Part shown: positions 9,507 through 18,729 of the stretch, one piece after another
Layout: every line of letters begins with the position of its first letter
Numbering within the stretch: the stretch's first letter is position 1
Assembly: GCA_937625935.1 (NCBI GenBank)
Contig: OW569371.1
Coordinates: 310,001-374,000 of the forward strand
DNA: 64,000 bases
Reading direction: 5' to 3'
Source: Tetramitus jugosus
Lineage: Eukaryota > Protista > Heterolobosea
Notes under the pieces: model-generated
The model's input: the letters and a program-made list of their open reading frames with translations, nothing else
Database searches by the model: none
What the model was told of the DNA's origin: nothing
Made by a program: the position numbers and the translations under genes

Positions 9507-12500
9507 TTATTGTGAAGCCTTTCCATATAAATAAGCAAAGAGCAGGATGGCAATGGCCGCAACGTTGCCGAAAATCAAAAGAGTTGGGAATGATTTCTGT
9601 GACTGTTCCTGAGACAATTTGGAGAGTTTGTTCTCACAATCCTCTCGTTCTTTTTGAACCTTGATTAATTGCTTGGATTGTTCCTCTACTTTTTTCTCCT
9701 TCTGTTTCAAGTCGGCTTCCAATCTCTCAATCTTCTCTTCGCACTGACTTAGGTTTGTGGAGGCTTTGCGAACCGTTACAAGCAGCTTTTCAATTTCGTC
9801 TTTACCATTGCTTTGGTTCTTCTTGACTTCTTCTTCCAGCTTCTTCTCAGATTCCTCTGCAGCTGCCCGAACCTTAACTAATCGGTCATTAGCGTCTTTC
9901 AATTCTGATTGTGCTTTTTGAAGTGATTCGGCACCTTTTTGTTTGGCATCACGTAGTTGCTTCAACTCACTTTCAGCACCTTGTAGTTGAGCTTCCACCT
10001 TCTTCAAGGTCTTGCAGTCATTTTTGACCTTCTCCAATTCAGTATTAGATTTCTTTAATCCTGATTGTGCTTGTTCCAGTTGCTGTTGCACAACTGCGAG
10101 TTGCTTTTCAGCATCGAGTCCAGCAGTCTTCTTGAACTCGAAATATTCATTTCTCAGTTGTTTCAATTTTTCTTGTTCCTTCTCCAGTTCAATCGCTCTA
10201 GATTGAGCGTTAGTGAGTTCGGATTCTTTGTTTCTGAGCGCTTCTTTAGCTTCCTTGAATTCAGATTGGAGTTGGGTCACTGAGCTTTGAATATTATCTA
10301 ATTCAGTTTGCTTGTTCTTCAATCTATTTTCAGTGTCTTTCAATTTGTTTTGAACTTCCTCCAACGTACTCTTTGTCTTTTCAGCTTCTGTTTGTACTGA
10401 AACAAGCAAGTTTTGAGTTTTGTTAAGTTCTTCACTGGAACTCGATGAGGATTGGTCAATTTGAGCTTGCTTATTGTTTGCTTCCTCAATTGCCTTGTTC
10501 AATTCAGCCCTGACTCCTGCCAATTCGGATTGCTTATTTTCCAACTCTTCTTTGGTTTGCTTTAACTCAGAATCAGTTTCACCAGAAGTGGCTTTCAGAT
10601 TCGCTAGCTCTTCCTTTGTGTCATTCAATTGAGATTGTGTGACCTGCAACTCATTTTGGATATTTGAGAGTTGTTCATTCGAGTTTGACAATTGATCGAG
10701 TTGAGCTTGCTTGTCTTTCACATCTTGCATTGCTTTGTTCAATTCAGCCCTGACTTCAGCCAATTCGGATTGCTTATTTTCCAACTCTTCTTTGGTTTGC
10801 TTTAACTCAGAATCAGTTTCACCTGAAGCGGCCCTTAGCTTCTCCAACTCCTCCTTTGTATCATTCAATTGAGATTGTGCGATCTCCAACTCCTTTTGAA
10901 TGTTCAAGAGTTGTTCATTTGAGCTTGAGGATGATTGATCAAGTTGAGCTTGCTTTTCTTTTGCGTCCTCAAGTGCTTTGTTCAACTCTTCTCTGACTTC
11001 AGCCAATTCGGATTGCTTCTTGTCTAAATCCGCTTTGATCTGCTCGAACTCAGAGTTTTTCTCACTAGAAGCAGCTTTCAATTTCTCTAGCTCTTCCTTT
11101 GTGTCATTCAATTGAGATTGTGCGATCTGCAACTCTTTTTGAATGTTCAATAGTTGTTCATTCGAGCTTGAGGATGATAAATCTAGTTGGTTTTGCTTAT
11201 TGTTTGCTTCCTCAAGTGCCTTGTTCAACTCTTCTCTGACTTCAGCCAATTCGGATTGCTTATTTTCCAACTCTTCTTTGGTCTTCTTCAACTCAGAATC
11301 AGTCTCATCTGAAGCGGTCTTTAACTTCTCCAACTCTTCTTTTGTGTCATTCAGTTGAGATTGTGAAGCCCGCAACTGATTTTGGATTTCGACGAGTTCA
11401 TCCGAATTTGAGGCAGATTCATCGAGTAGGGCTTGTTTCTCGTTTGCTTCCTCAATTGCCTTCTTCAGCTTTTCCTTTGTTTCATTCAGCTCGTTCTCAG
11501 CATCCTCTAGGTCCTCTTGGGATTGCTTTTGTTCGGCTTGTGCTTTTTCGAGAGCTTTCTGTGCTGTCTCCAACTCGGTTTCAGTTTCTTCTAAGTAATC
11601 CTCAGTCTTGGATAGCTCTTCCTTTGCTTCTCTAGCCTCAGACTGCGCAGTTTGTAATTGAGCTTGAAGCTTCTTGAGTTCCTCACCAGAGTCGGAGTTG
11701 ACTGTCTCAAGAGAGTCTTTTGCAGTCTTAAGTTCAGCTTCGACTCTCTTGAGTTCTAGGCTGAGGGTTGATCGAACCTTTTCAAGTTCTTCCTTGGATT
11801 CTGTTTCAAGCTTCTTCAACTCCTCTTCTTTCGATTGCAGCTCAGTTTTCAAACGCTCTACAGATGAAAGAGCTTCCTCTAGTTGTTCACTAGAATTTGA
11901 TTGTGCGTTAGAGAGTTCAGATTGAACCTTGCTTAGCTCTTCATTCGCTGCACTTAATTTTGACTGGAGGTCCAAAGCACGTTCTTCTGCTTCTTTCAAT
12001 TGTGGTTGTAATTGCTTCACAGATTCAACAGAATCCGATTGAGTCTTCTTCAAATGTTCCAATTCGAATTGCAACTCGTTGAGTGCTTCTTGTGCCGAAG
12101 CAGACATTTCCTTTGTCATCTCCAGTTCAGCCTTGAATTTTGCGCTTGTTTCTCTGGTAGCCTCCAACATTTCTCTCAATTCGGCCGATTCCTGATCGGA
12201 CTGTTGCTTGAGTTGTTCAAGCTCTGTTTGCTTGTTAATGACTTGATCATTGAGTTTAGCATTCGAGTCAGTACATTCCTTCAACTCTGCCTGTAGTGTT
12301 TCAAAGTCGGATTTCAATTTGTTCAACTCTTCCGAGTGATCCTCTGGTACTGGTTTCTGTTGCTCTGCAGTCAACTTTTCTTGGAGCTCTGAGATTTGAG
12401 CATTGAGTGTCTCAATTTCTTGTTGATGAGAAGAAGCAGCACTGTTTTTTGATTCTTGTAGCTCAGTGGTCAATTGAGTAATTTGAGAGAGGAGAGACGA

Positions 12501-12815
12501 CTTTTCTCCTTCCTCATTCTTAATCTGTTCCTGTAAATTACTCAATTGCTTGTTCATGTCGTCCATGAGCTTATCAATTTCACTCTTCATTTCTTTTGTC
12601 TGAGTGGTGAGGTTGGCAATTTCAGTAGCTTGTTCATTGATTTTCTCTTCTTGTTGAGTCAATTGAGCAGTCAAGTCTTTTTTGTCACTGTTGAGTCCCT
12701 TGACTTTTTCCATCAAGTTTTTTTTGAAAGAATCAGCGGTTGCGACAGCTCTAGTTAATTCTTCATTTTGTTGGCGAAGTTGAACCAGTTCCTCACTATC
12801 TCTTGGAGATGACAT
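9507..12815 (-). CDS. Golgin-like long coiled-coil protein with C-terminal tail anchor
   Basis: Continuous E/K/Q/L heptads and a terminal hydrophobic helix (TLLIFGNVAAIAILLFAYLYG). Likely start MSSPRD at 12815; the ORF is open to 12977. Confidence 0.8.
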   Translation of the reverse strand: MSSPRDSEELVQLRQQNEELTRAVATADSFKKNLMEKVKGLNSDKKDLTAQLTQQEEKINEQATEIANLTTQTKEMKSEIDKLMDDMNKQLSNLQEQIKNEEGEKSSLLSQITQLTTELQESKNSAASSHQQEIETLNAQISELQEKLTAEQQKPVPEDHSEELNKLKSDFETLQAELKECTDSNAKLNDQVINKQTELEQLKQQSDQESAELREMLEATRETSAKFKAELEMTKEMSASAQEALNELQFELEHLKKTQSDSVESVKQLQPQLKEAEERALDLQSKLSAANEELSKVQSELSNAQSNSSEQLEEALSSVERLKTELQSKEEELKKLETESKEELEKVRSTLSLELKRVEAELKTAKDSLETVNSDSGEELKKLQAQLQTAQSEAREAKEELSKTEDYLEETETELETAQKALEKAQAEQKQSQEDLEDAENELNETKEKLKKAIEEANEKQALLDESASNSDELVEIQNQLRASQSQLNDTKEELEKLKTASDETDSELKKTKEELENKQSELAEVREELNKALEEANNKQNQLDLSSSSSNEQLLNIQKELQIAQSQLNDTKEELEKLKAASSEKNSEFEQIKADLDKKQSELAEVREELNKALEDAKEKQAQLDQSSSSSNEQLLNIQKELEIAQSQLNDTKEELEKLRAASGETDSELKQTKEELENKQSELAEVRAELNKAMQDVKDKQAQLDQLSNSNEQLSNIQNELQVTQSQLNDTKEELANLKATSGETDSELKQTKEELENKQSELAGVRAELNKAIEEANNKQAQIDQSSSSSSEELNKTQNLLVSVQTEAEKTKSTLEEVQNKLKDTENRLKNKQTELDNIQSSVTQLQSEFKEAKEALRNKESELTNAQSRAIELEKEQEKLKQLRNEYFEFKKTAGLDAEKQLAVVQQQLEQAQSGLKKSNTELEKVKNDCKTLKKVEAQLQGAESELKQLRDAKQKGAESLQKAQSELKDANDRLVKVRAAAEESEKKLEEEVKKNQSNGKDEIEKLLVTVRKASTNLSQCEEKIERLEADLKQKEKKVEEQSKQLIKVQKEREDCENKLSKLSQEQSQKSFPTLLIFGNVAAIAILLFAYLYGKASQ
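10430..11480. repeat. Coding tandem repeat, about 4.3 copies of 240-243 bp
   Basis: TCATTCA(A/G)TTGAGATTGTG recurs at 10621, 10861, 11104 and 11347 (spacing 240, 243, 243). Confidence 0.93.
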
Positions 12816-13520
12816 GTACGGTGATGGTGGTGATTGTTTGGGGGTGGTGGGAGCGTTTTTTTTTGGTTGTGGTGTTTCTTCACACGGAAAGGTGGTGTTG
12901 TTGATGTTTTTTCCATTCTGGCGGGAGGATTCGGTGGCGGAATTTTTGTTGTAACAAAATGACAATGACATGTGCATTTTTGTGCATGAAGATGTCGAAA
13001 AGTGACGAGAGGAACAATGTTTCGTTCTTGTTTTTGTTGGGTGAATACAATAGAAGAATTCTTACTCTTCGTTTGACTTTCCAAATGAGTTAAAGGTTGT
13101 TGACCTCTCATCCCAGCAAGAAATATTGGAGTCACAATAGTCAACCACCTTGCTCATGAAGTCATCGCTGCATCCAAAACGACCAAGAGAAGACCAGGAC
13201 ATCCAACACCACAATGAACTGTACCTAGTGTTAGCAGCTCGCGAGTAGAAGCTAAGGTGATTTGCAGATTTGTCAACGAGTCTCTTCTCAGTCACTGCTC
13301 TGAATGCTACCACAGCCAACCTAAAAAGTAACTCTAGAGTGGAGAATTTTGATCAACAATACTCAACTAACTGTTTGGTGAGAACTTTGCGTCTTCGACG
13401 ATTACACCAATTAAGTAATTACTTCTTGATTACACCAACTCATATCAAGTGTGAATGCCTCCTAAAATTGAAAAAGCTCATCCTTGACAGAAAAAACGAG
13501 AAAAAATCAACCACACTCAG

Positions 13521-15044
13521 ATGGAGAACCTACCAAGCGATATATTTGACATCATCTCACAATATCACAACGATCTTCAAACATTGAACCACTTGACAAG
13601 AACAAGTAAGAGCCTAGCTCTAACATTGAACGAGAATGCGTTCATTTGGGCCAACCTGAGTCGTTCATTATTGAATCGATCGCTGCTGAAGACATCATCC
13701 AGCAACAAGAAACAAAAACTCAAGGTTTATGGCAAGCTAGCCTCATTAGATGAAATACAAGATGATGTACATGCTCTGAAGAAGTTCATGTGTGGAATAA
13801 CGATGAATCTAAAGATGGATCACATTGGTAAGATGTTCTCAGTCATTTGCCGCAAGGAACCGGTATCAACGGACAAGTACGATCGCATTCTGGCTCTATT
13901 CCGACCTTTTGGAAATTTTGACAATTGTGATGAGGCAATTACTCGATTGTTCGAAACTGTACCTCACTTGTTGCTGCGCGATTCTGCGAAGGATAATCGA
14001 GTGATTCCCGAACAATATGTGATTGAGACATTACATACACTGTTTGGACAATACAAACTACTACCGTATGGAAAGATCCACGATTGTCTAGAGGATTCAA
14101 TCTTGACTGATAGTATTGAAATTGTGAGAACAGTTTTAGGATATATTCCTCAACCGATCAGGAAAACAACCATGAACTACCTACATACTTGTGTAGATGG
14201 CACAGTGTCTTTTGAGATATTCTCTTTGCTGTTGGACGAGATTCCAGAAAAAGTTCAGACTCACATTGAGAACATTGCAATGTTCCTATGTATGGTGTAT
14301 CCAGATCATGGTTACGATATCCTTCGCAAGTATCAGATTGATCTTTCGAACATATCTCATGACCAAATTTCTAAATTTATAAGACAAGTACCACTTAGTG
14401 ATAGGAAGAAGCAAGTGTTGAAATATTTTATTGACAACGGATTGGTCTTGTCAGAACCTGTTAGCGTACACGCTAGACTAGTTACTTGGGTTATCCATGA
14501 CTCGTATCATATGAATAATGATGAAGAGATTTTACATTTATTACTAAAGAATGGAGCGCGAGTATTTAGTCCTTTCTTCCATGACGATCCATTGATCTAT
14601 GCCGCGTTGTATGCAAGAAATCGTAATTGTGCTCAAGCGGTGCCACTACTTATTCGTTTCGGTGCAGATGTAAACTATAGATACCCATACGCTGGTTCCT
14701 TGATTAACAGCCACACAGGTGGTAGACACAACAACTATCCTGGAGCTTTCTTAGAGATTCTGCACATGCTGTTGGAAGGTGGAGCAAATCCTGGGAAATT
14801 CACTCAATTTTACTCAACATGGAGCAGTCCTCTATTCTGTGTGGCCGAGAATGCAAGTCTAACTGCGGAGGAAAGAGTCACTGCTGGGAGAATGTTGATA
14901 GATTATGGTGCTGATGTACATGCGGTCAGTCCCAGTGGTACAACATTCCAAGAGTTTGCTTCGAAATACTATCGTTCTGATGTTGTCCAAGAGTTTTATG
15001 AGAAGATGACACTGTACCAACGGCGTAAATGGCAATCAAAGTAA
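13521..15044 (+). CDS. F-box-like N-terminus plus ankyrin-repeat protein
   Basis: MENLPSDIFDIISQY F-box-like start; C-terminal ankyrin-type units (LLLKNGA, LLIRFGADVN, LLEGGANP, LIDYGADVH). Confidence 0.75.
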   Translation: MENLPSDIFDIISQYHNDLQTLNHLTRTSKSLALTLNENAFIWANLSRSLLNRSLLKTSSSNKKQKLKVYGKLASLDEIQDDVHALKKFMCGITMNLKMDHIGKMFSVICRKEPVSTDKYDRILALFRPFGNFDNCDEAITRLFETVPHLLLRDSAKDNRVIPEQYVIETLHTLFGQYKLLPYGKIHDCLEDSILTDSIEIVRTVLGYIPQPIRKTTMNYLHTCVDGTVSFEIFSLLLDEIPEKVQTHIENIAMFLCMVYPDHGYDILRKYQIDLSNISHDQISKFIRQVPLSDRKKQVLKYFIDNGLVLSEPVSVHARLVTWVIHDSYHMNNDEEILHLLLKNGARVFSPFFHDDPLIYAALYARNRNCAQAVPLLIRFGADVNYRYPYAGSLINSHTGGRHNNYPGAFLEILHMLLEGGANPGKFTQFYSTWSSPLFCVAENASLTAEERVTAGRMLIDYGADVHAVSPSGTTFQEFASKYYRSDVVQEFYEKMTLYQRRKWQSK

Positions 15045-15282
15045 TATCACATTCATGGTATTAAATGCATGTTCCGCTGCGTGGAACAAACAACGAACAA
15101 AAAACAACAACAACCACACAAACAAAAAACCAAACAAACAGTGAACAGTGACGCCATACCTGCTCCTCTGCCACATGGGCTCCAAAATATCATCTGAAAA
15201 AAAACTGTCATTCCGCCTGCCATGCGCACCCTCCGAACCCCTCCCGCTCTCAGAATTTTCCGCAACTACAGCTGCCGCGGAC

Positions 15283-16707
15283 ATGAATAACAGCAACCAG
15301 GGCAATGTCGAACCAAATGACAATCAGCACACAACACAAGCAATCATCAACAACAAGGCAGATACAGACCAAGGGAAAGAGCAAGTCGAACGAAAATTCC
15401 GTGCTAGTAAACGATACAAGGGACTATGTCAGAGCAGTTCATCGACAGAGCTCGATGAATTTTGTCGCATGCTATCGCACAAGCAACGATTGAAGGATAC
15501 GTTTTTAAACACCGATTACACGATTGAAAAACTGTGGCGCATGCATCATCGTAAACAACGAACCACACGAAAGAATTCTGCCAACAAACAACCACAGCAT
15601 AACGATGACAATGAACAGCAGCAGCAGCAGCAGCACAGTCATAGTAGAGTGTCTTCGAATCACAAGATTATGAATGCACTTCAGGTGAGTGACGTACAGG
15701 GGTTAGTTAGCTTGGATGACTTTGATGTGAACAATAATAATAACCATAGAAAGAATGAAAGTGATGATGGTGATGATTGTGAAAGTGAGGATTGTAATGA
15801 TGATGAGGATGACTTTGATACGATCGAGGGAGAAGTGACTATGCGACAAATGTGGCTCGAAAACAATCCAAAACTGGAACAGAACTTGAAGGTCAAATTG
15901 GTTATTACGGACGCGCCCGGTGATACTGTCAAGTACTTTCGTTCTATCATTTCGCCGTTTGCTGAACCGTTCATGCCAAAGTTTGGTATCTTTCATACGG
16001 CGTTGATTGTAGGGCCGTTTAAGATTGAATGGAACAACAGTGCTCTCTGTATACCGAGACAGATTAAGAGCAATACGGCTCTCTTGGCATTGGACATTGA
16101 AGAAATTGCGACAGTAGGGGAATTCAATACGACGGTCGATATTCTCGCTGATGTCATTACGAGATGGAATTCAAGCATGGATTATTCACAAAACACGGGC
16201 ACGAACAAGCATGGAAATTGTCAGGATTTTGTAATGGATGTTTTGAGGGCACTCAATATTTCCTTCACTCCCAGTGGTCCTATTCAAGCGTATCTAAAGG
16301 AAATGAAGAAAAAGGGTTCGTGCAAGATGAAGTTCTCAATGACTGATGAGAACTTTAGGAATCACTTTGCACGAAAGGAAAACTCTATTACATTTGAGTC
16401 ACATGAACAATTGGATTTGTTTGTCGAAGCGTGCCTAAAAATCGAACCAAAGTTTGGTAAGACAATGTTCTTGCAAGAGTATCAACTATTGAAGGCATTT
16501 GATCGAGCACTGTGGATGCGCCACTTGGAACATATCAGCCAAAAGATGGAGCACAAACAGTCGTCCTATCAGCCCTTGAAGCGCCAGGAAACGATTATTG
16601 ATCTGGTCACGTGTGAAGATGGAGTAATAGATGTTTGTGCTTGCCCTTTCCGAGATCCAAGAAGCGAGACACTAAGTTTCCTCGAAAAAAGCAATAATAA
16701 TATTTAA
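15283..16707 (+). CDS. Permuted papain-fold (PPPDE/DeSI-like) putative cysteine peptidase
   Basis: GIFHTALIVG (His) precedes GNCQDFV (Cys), the permuted NlpC/P60 order; low-complexity N-terminus. Start MNNSNQ assumed. Confidence 0.6.
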   Translation: MNNSNQGNVEPNDNQHTTQAIINNKADTDQGKEQVERKFRASKRYKGLCQSSSSTELDEFCRMLSHKQRLKDTFLNTDYTIEKLWRMHHRKQRTTRKNSANKQPQHNDDNEQQQQQQHSHSRVSSNHKIMNALQVSDVQGLVSLDDFDVNNNNNHRKNESDDGDDCESEDCNDDEDDFDTIEGEVTMRQMWLENNPKLEQNLKVKLVITDAPGDTVKYFRSIISPFAEPFMPKFGIFHTALIVGPFKIEWNNSALCIPRQIKSNTALLALDIEEIATVGEFNTTVDILADVITRWNSSMDYSQNTGTNKHGNCQDFVMDVLRALNISFTPSGPIQAYLKEMKKKGSCKMKFSMTDENFRNHFARKENSITFESHEQLDLFVEACLKIEPKFGKTMFLQEYQLLKAFDRALWMRHLEHISQKMEHKQSSYQPLKRQETIIDLVTCEDGVIDVCACPFRDPRSETLSFLEKSNNNI

Positions 16708-16729
16708 TGTGTAAATAATCTGTACATTC

Positions 16730-18544
16730 TTAGTAACCAAAGTGCGCAGCCATTAACTTTCCGTGCAACGTCTCCTCTTCTCCTAGTCTGTAGCCATCAA
16801 CGAGTTTCTGCGTCTCCCAGATAGAAGGAGTCATCATTATGGTTTTGTGCAGTGTTTCATGAGAAGGCAACAAACCCATCTGGGAATAAGCCAAAGCCAC
16901 AAAACAACCAGAGAATATCGAAGATACGTCAAATCGCCACAATGGTCCATAATCCAATTCTAACTGACCAAACAGTGAATGAATTCGATTCCATATCAAA
17001 TCCTCCTCACTAGCAATCACTTGTAACGAGGCGAAAATTTGAGTCGAATGAGGTTTTTCACTTGGAGAATTCTTGACCAATCGACGAATAGCAACTCGAG
17101 AGAATGCTCCACTCATCAAAACACTATCCAGTGTGACTATACGTTGTTGTAATAACTTTTTCTTGCACGTCTTCGCTTCCTGAGGAGTCAAGTACCACGA
17201 AGGAGCGTCCAGCAGGAACACCTTTTTGCCCAGCTCTGGAAAACGAACCACCATGCTCACTCTTGAGAAATTGCCTCCTTGAATCTTGAGCGCAGCTCCT
17301 CCAATGAGACCTTCTTCCTTGAAGAACACGAGATCACCAGTCTTCAAATTCAATCGTTTTATCGCACTAGCACTCGTATTAAACGTCTGAATCATTGACA
17401 TCTCAATCGGAGGAACGCGCGAAGTGGCCGTTATCGTTGGCATGGACGGTATCTGAACATCAGACAAATACACTTGGAAATCACTGTAAATAAAGTGCTC
17501 ATCACCAAAGTGATTGACTATGTCGCTGTTCAGTGGGAGAATATAGGGCGACGAGGAACCAAAGTGACCAGAGACAAACCTAGAGATGAGCGAGTGACTG
17601 TAACTAGGATCATTGTGTTGTTTTGATTCTGTCGTAGCAGTAGCCGTAGTAGCCATAGTAGCAACCGTTGAAAAAATACCGAGCTTAAAGTACAGTGCAG
17701 CAACGCACTCGGCACATGCGAGACACTTGAGATCATCTGCACTGGCACCACTCGTCAACAACTCGTTTGCAAACAAATTGGAGAACACTTCGTCCCACTT
17801 TTCTTCACTAATTGTAATTTGCATGCGTTGATTGGTGGTGAAACTCAACAGCATTCGCGTCAAAAAATCATCTTCTTCACCTGTTGTTGTTGTTGTGGAT
17901 GACTGTGCATGTGGTGCCTGTTGGAACTCAAAGTCATTGTCCGTTGTTGATGTTGTTGTTGTTGTAGCTGTCGTAGTGCTGTTGTGTGAACCACCATGAT
18001 TATAATGATAATGATGATGATGGTGATGATGACTGGGGTTCATGACTGAACTCTCCATGTCCGCCGTGTTGAATGACTTGTTCCAATGCAACCTACGATA
18101 TCCAATCAAGTCATACTTTTCACTGTATACGAGACTTCTCAATGGTGTCAATTGTGTACCGAATATCAATGTTCTCTTATGATTGCTACTACTACTACTA
18201 CTAGTAGTAGTAGTAGCTCCTTCCTTTTGTTTGTCCGTTGATGTCTGTTGCTGCTGTTGCTGTTGTTGCAGGTGTTGTAGATGATGATGATGACTCTGAT
18301 TCAAGTGATAGAGACTCTCTCGATCGACTGCCACTTCCAACACGTACACTTCCGACAATAGGTGAGACTTGATGGCAATACCAACGTTGCTCCACATGGT
18401 TTTGTTTGCAAAACGAACAACTCGTCCAAACACATTCCTATCACTCAACAGAATGAGATCACCGCTGGCAATGTTCCTTTGAGCGTAATCCAAGTGTTCC
18501 CATGGTGAGAGACCAATGTTGGATGGTGCAAGTCTTTGTCCCAT
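16730..18544 (-). CDS. Protein with two degenerate permuted papain-like amidase (YiiX/C92-like) domains
   Basis: SGDLILL..WSNVGI..ACAECVAALY and TGDLVFF..FSRVSM..FSGCFVALAY resemble GD..SHVGI..CSELV. Start MGQRL assumed; the ORF is open to 18721. Confidence 0.6.
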   Translation of the reverse strand: MGQRLAPSNIGLSPWEHLDYAQRNIASGDLILLSDRNVFGRVVRFANKTMWSNVGIAIKSHLLSEVYVLEVAVDRESLYHLNQSHHHHLQHLQQQQQQQQTSTDKQKEGATTTTSSSSSSNHKRTLIFGTQLTPLRSLVYSEKYDLIGYRRLHWNKSFNTADMESSVMNPSHHHHHHHYHYNHGGSHNSTTTATTTTTSTTDNDFEFQQAPHAQSSTTTTTGEEDDFLTRMLLSFTTNQRMQITISEEKWDEVFSNLFANELLTSGASADDLKCLACAECVAALYFKLGIFSTVATMATTATATTESKQHNDPSYSHSLISRFVSGHFGSSSPYILPLNSDIVNHFGDEHFIYSDFQVYLSDVQIPSMPTITATSRVPPIEMSMIQTFNTSASAIKRLNLKTGDLVFFKEEGLIGGAALKIQGGNFSRVSMVVRFPELGKKVFLLDAPSWYLTPQEAKTCKKKLLQQRIVTLDSVLMSGAFSRVAIRRLVKNSPSEKPHSTQIFASLQVIASEEDLIWNRIHSLFGQLELDYGPLWRFDVSSIFSGCFVALAYSQMGLLPSHETLHKTIMMTPSIWETQKLVDGYRLGEEETLHGKLMAAHFGY

Positions 18545-18729
18545 AATAATATTATCAGTCTGAAGAGGTTCTCCAGTAGTGAAGTAAATCGCTATATGAT
18601 GATGTGTGTTGTTTTTTGTTGGCGTTGGTGTGACTAATTGGAACTGGTTCCAAAATGTCTTTTGGCTGTTGGGGTAATGACAGATGACATTTTTCCTTTT
18701 TGTTTCTTTATTTGTGCTCATTTTACAAG

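Noticed and set aside
10430-11480. CRISPR-like or mobile-element repeat
   Set aside because: The units are in-frame coding repeats with no unique spacers, in a eukaryotic context.
13050-13450. Stop-codon reassignment suggested by in-frame TAG/TGA in coding-like stretches
   Set aside because: Conserved genes here end in TAA, TAG and TGA and have no internal stops; these stretches look like relics.
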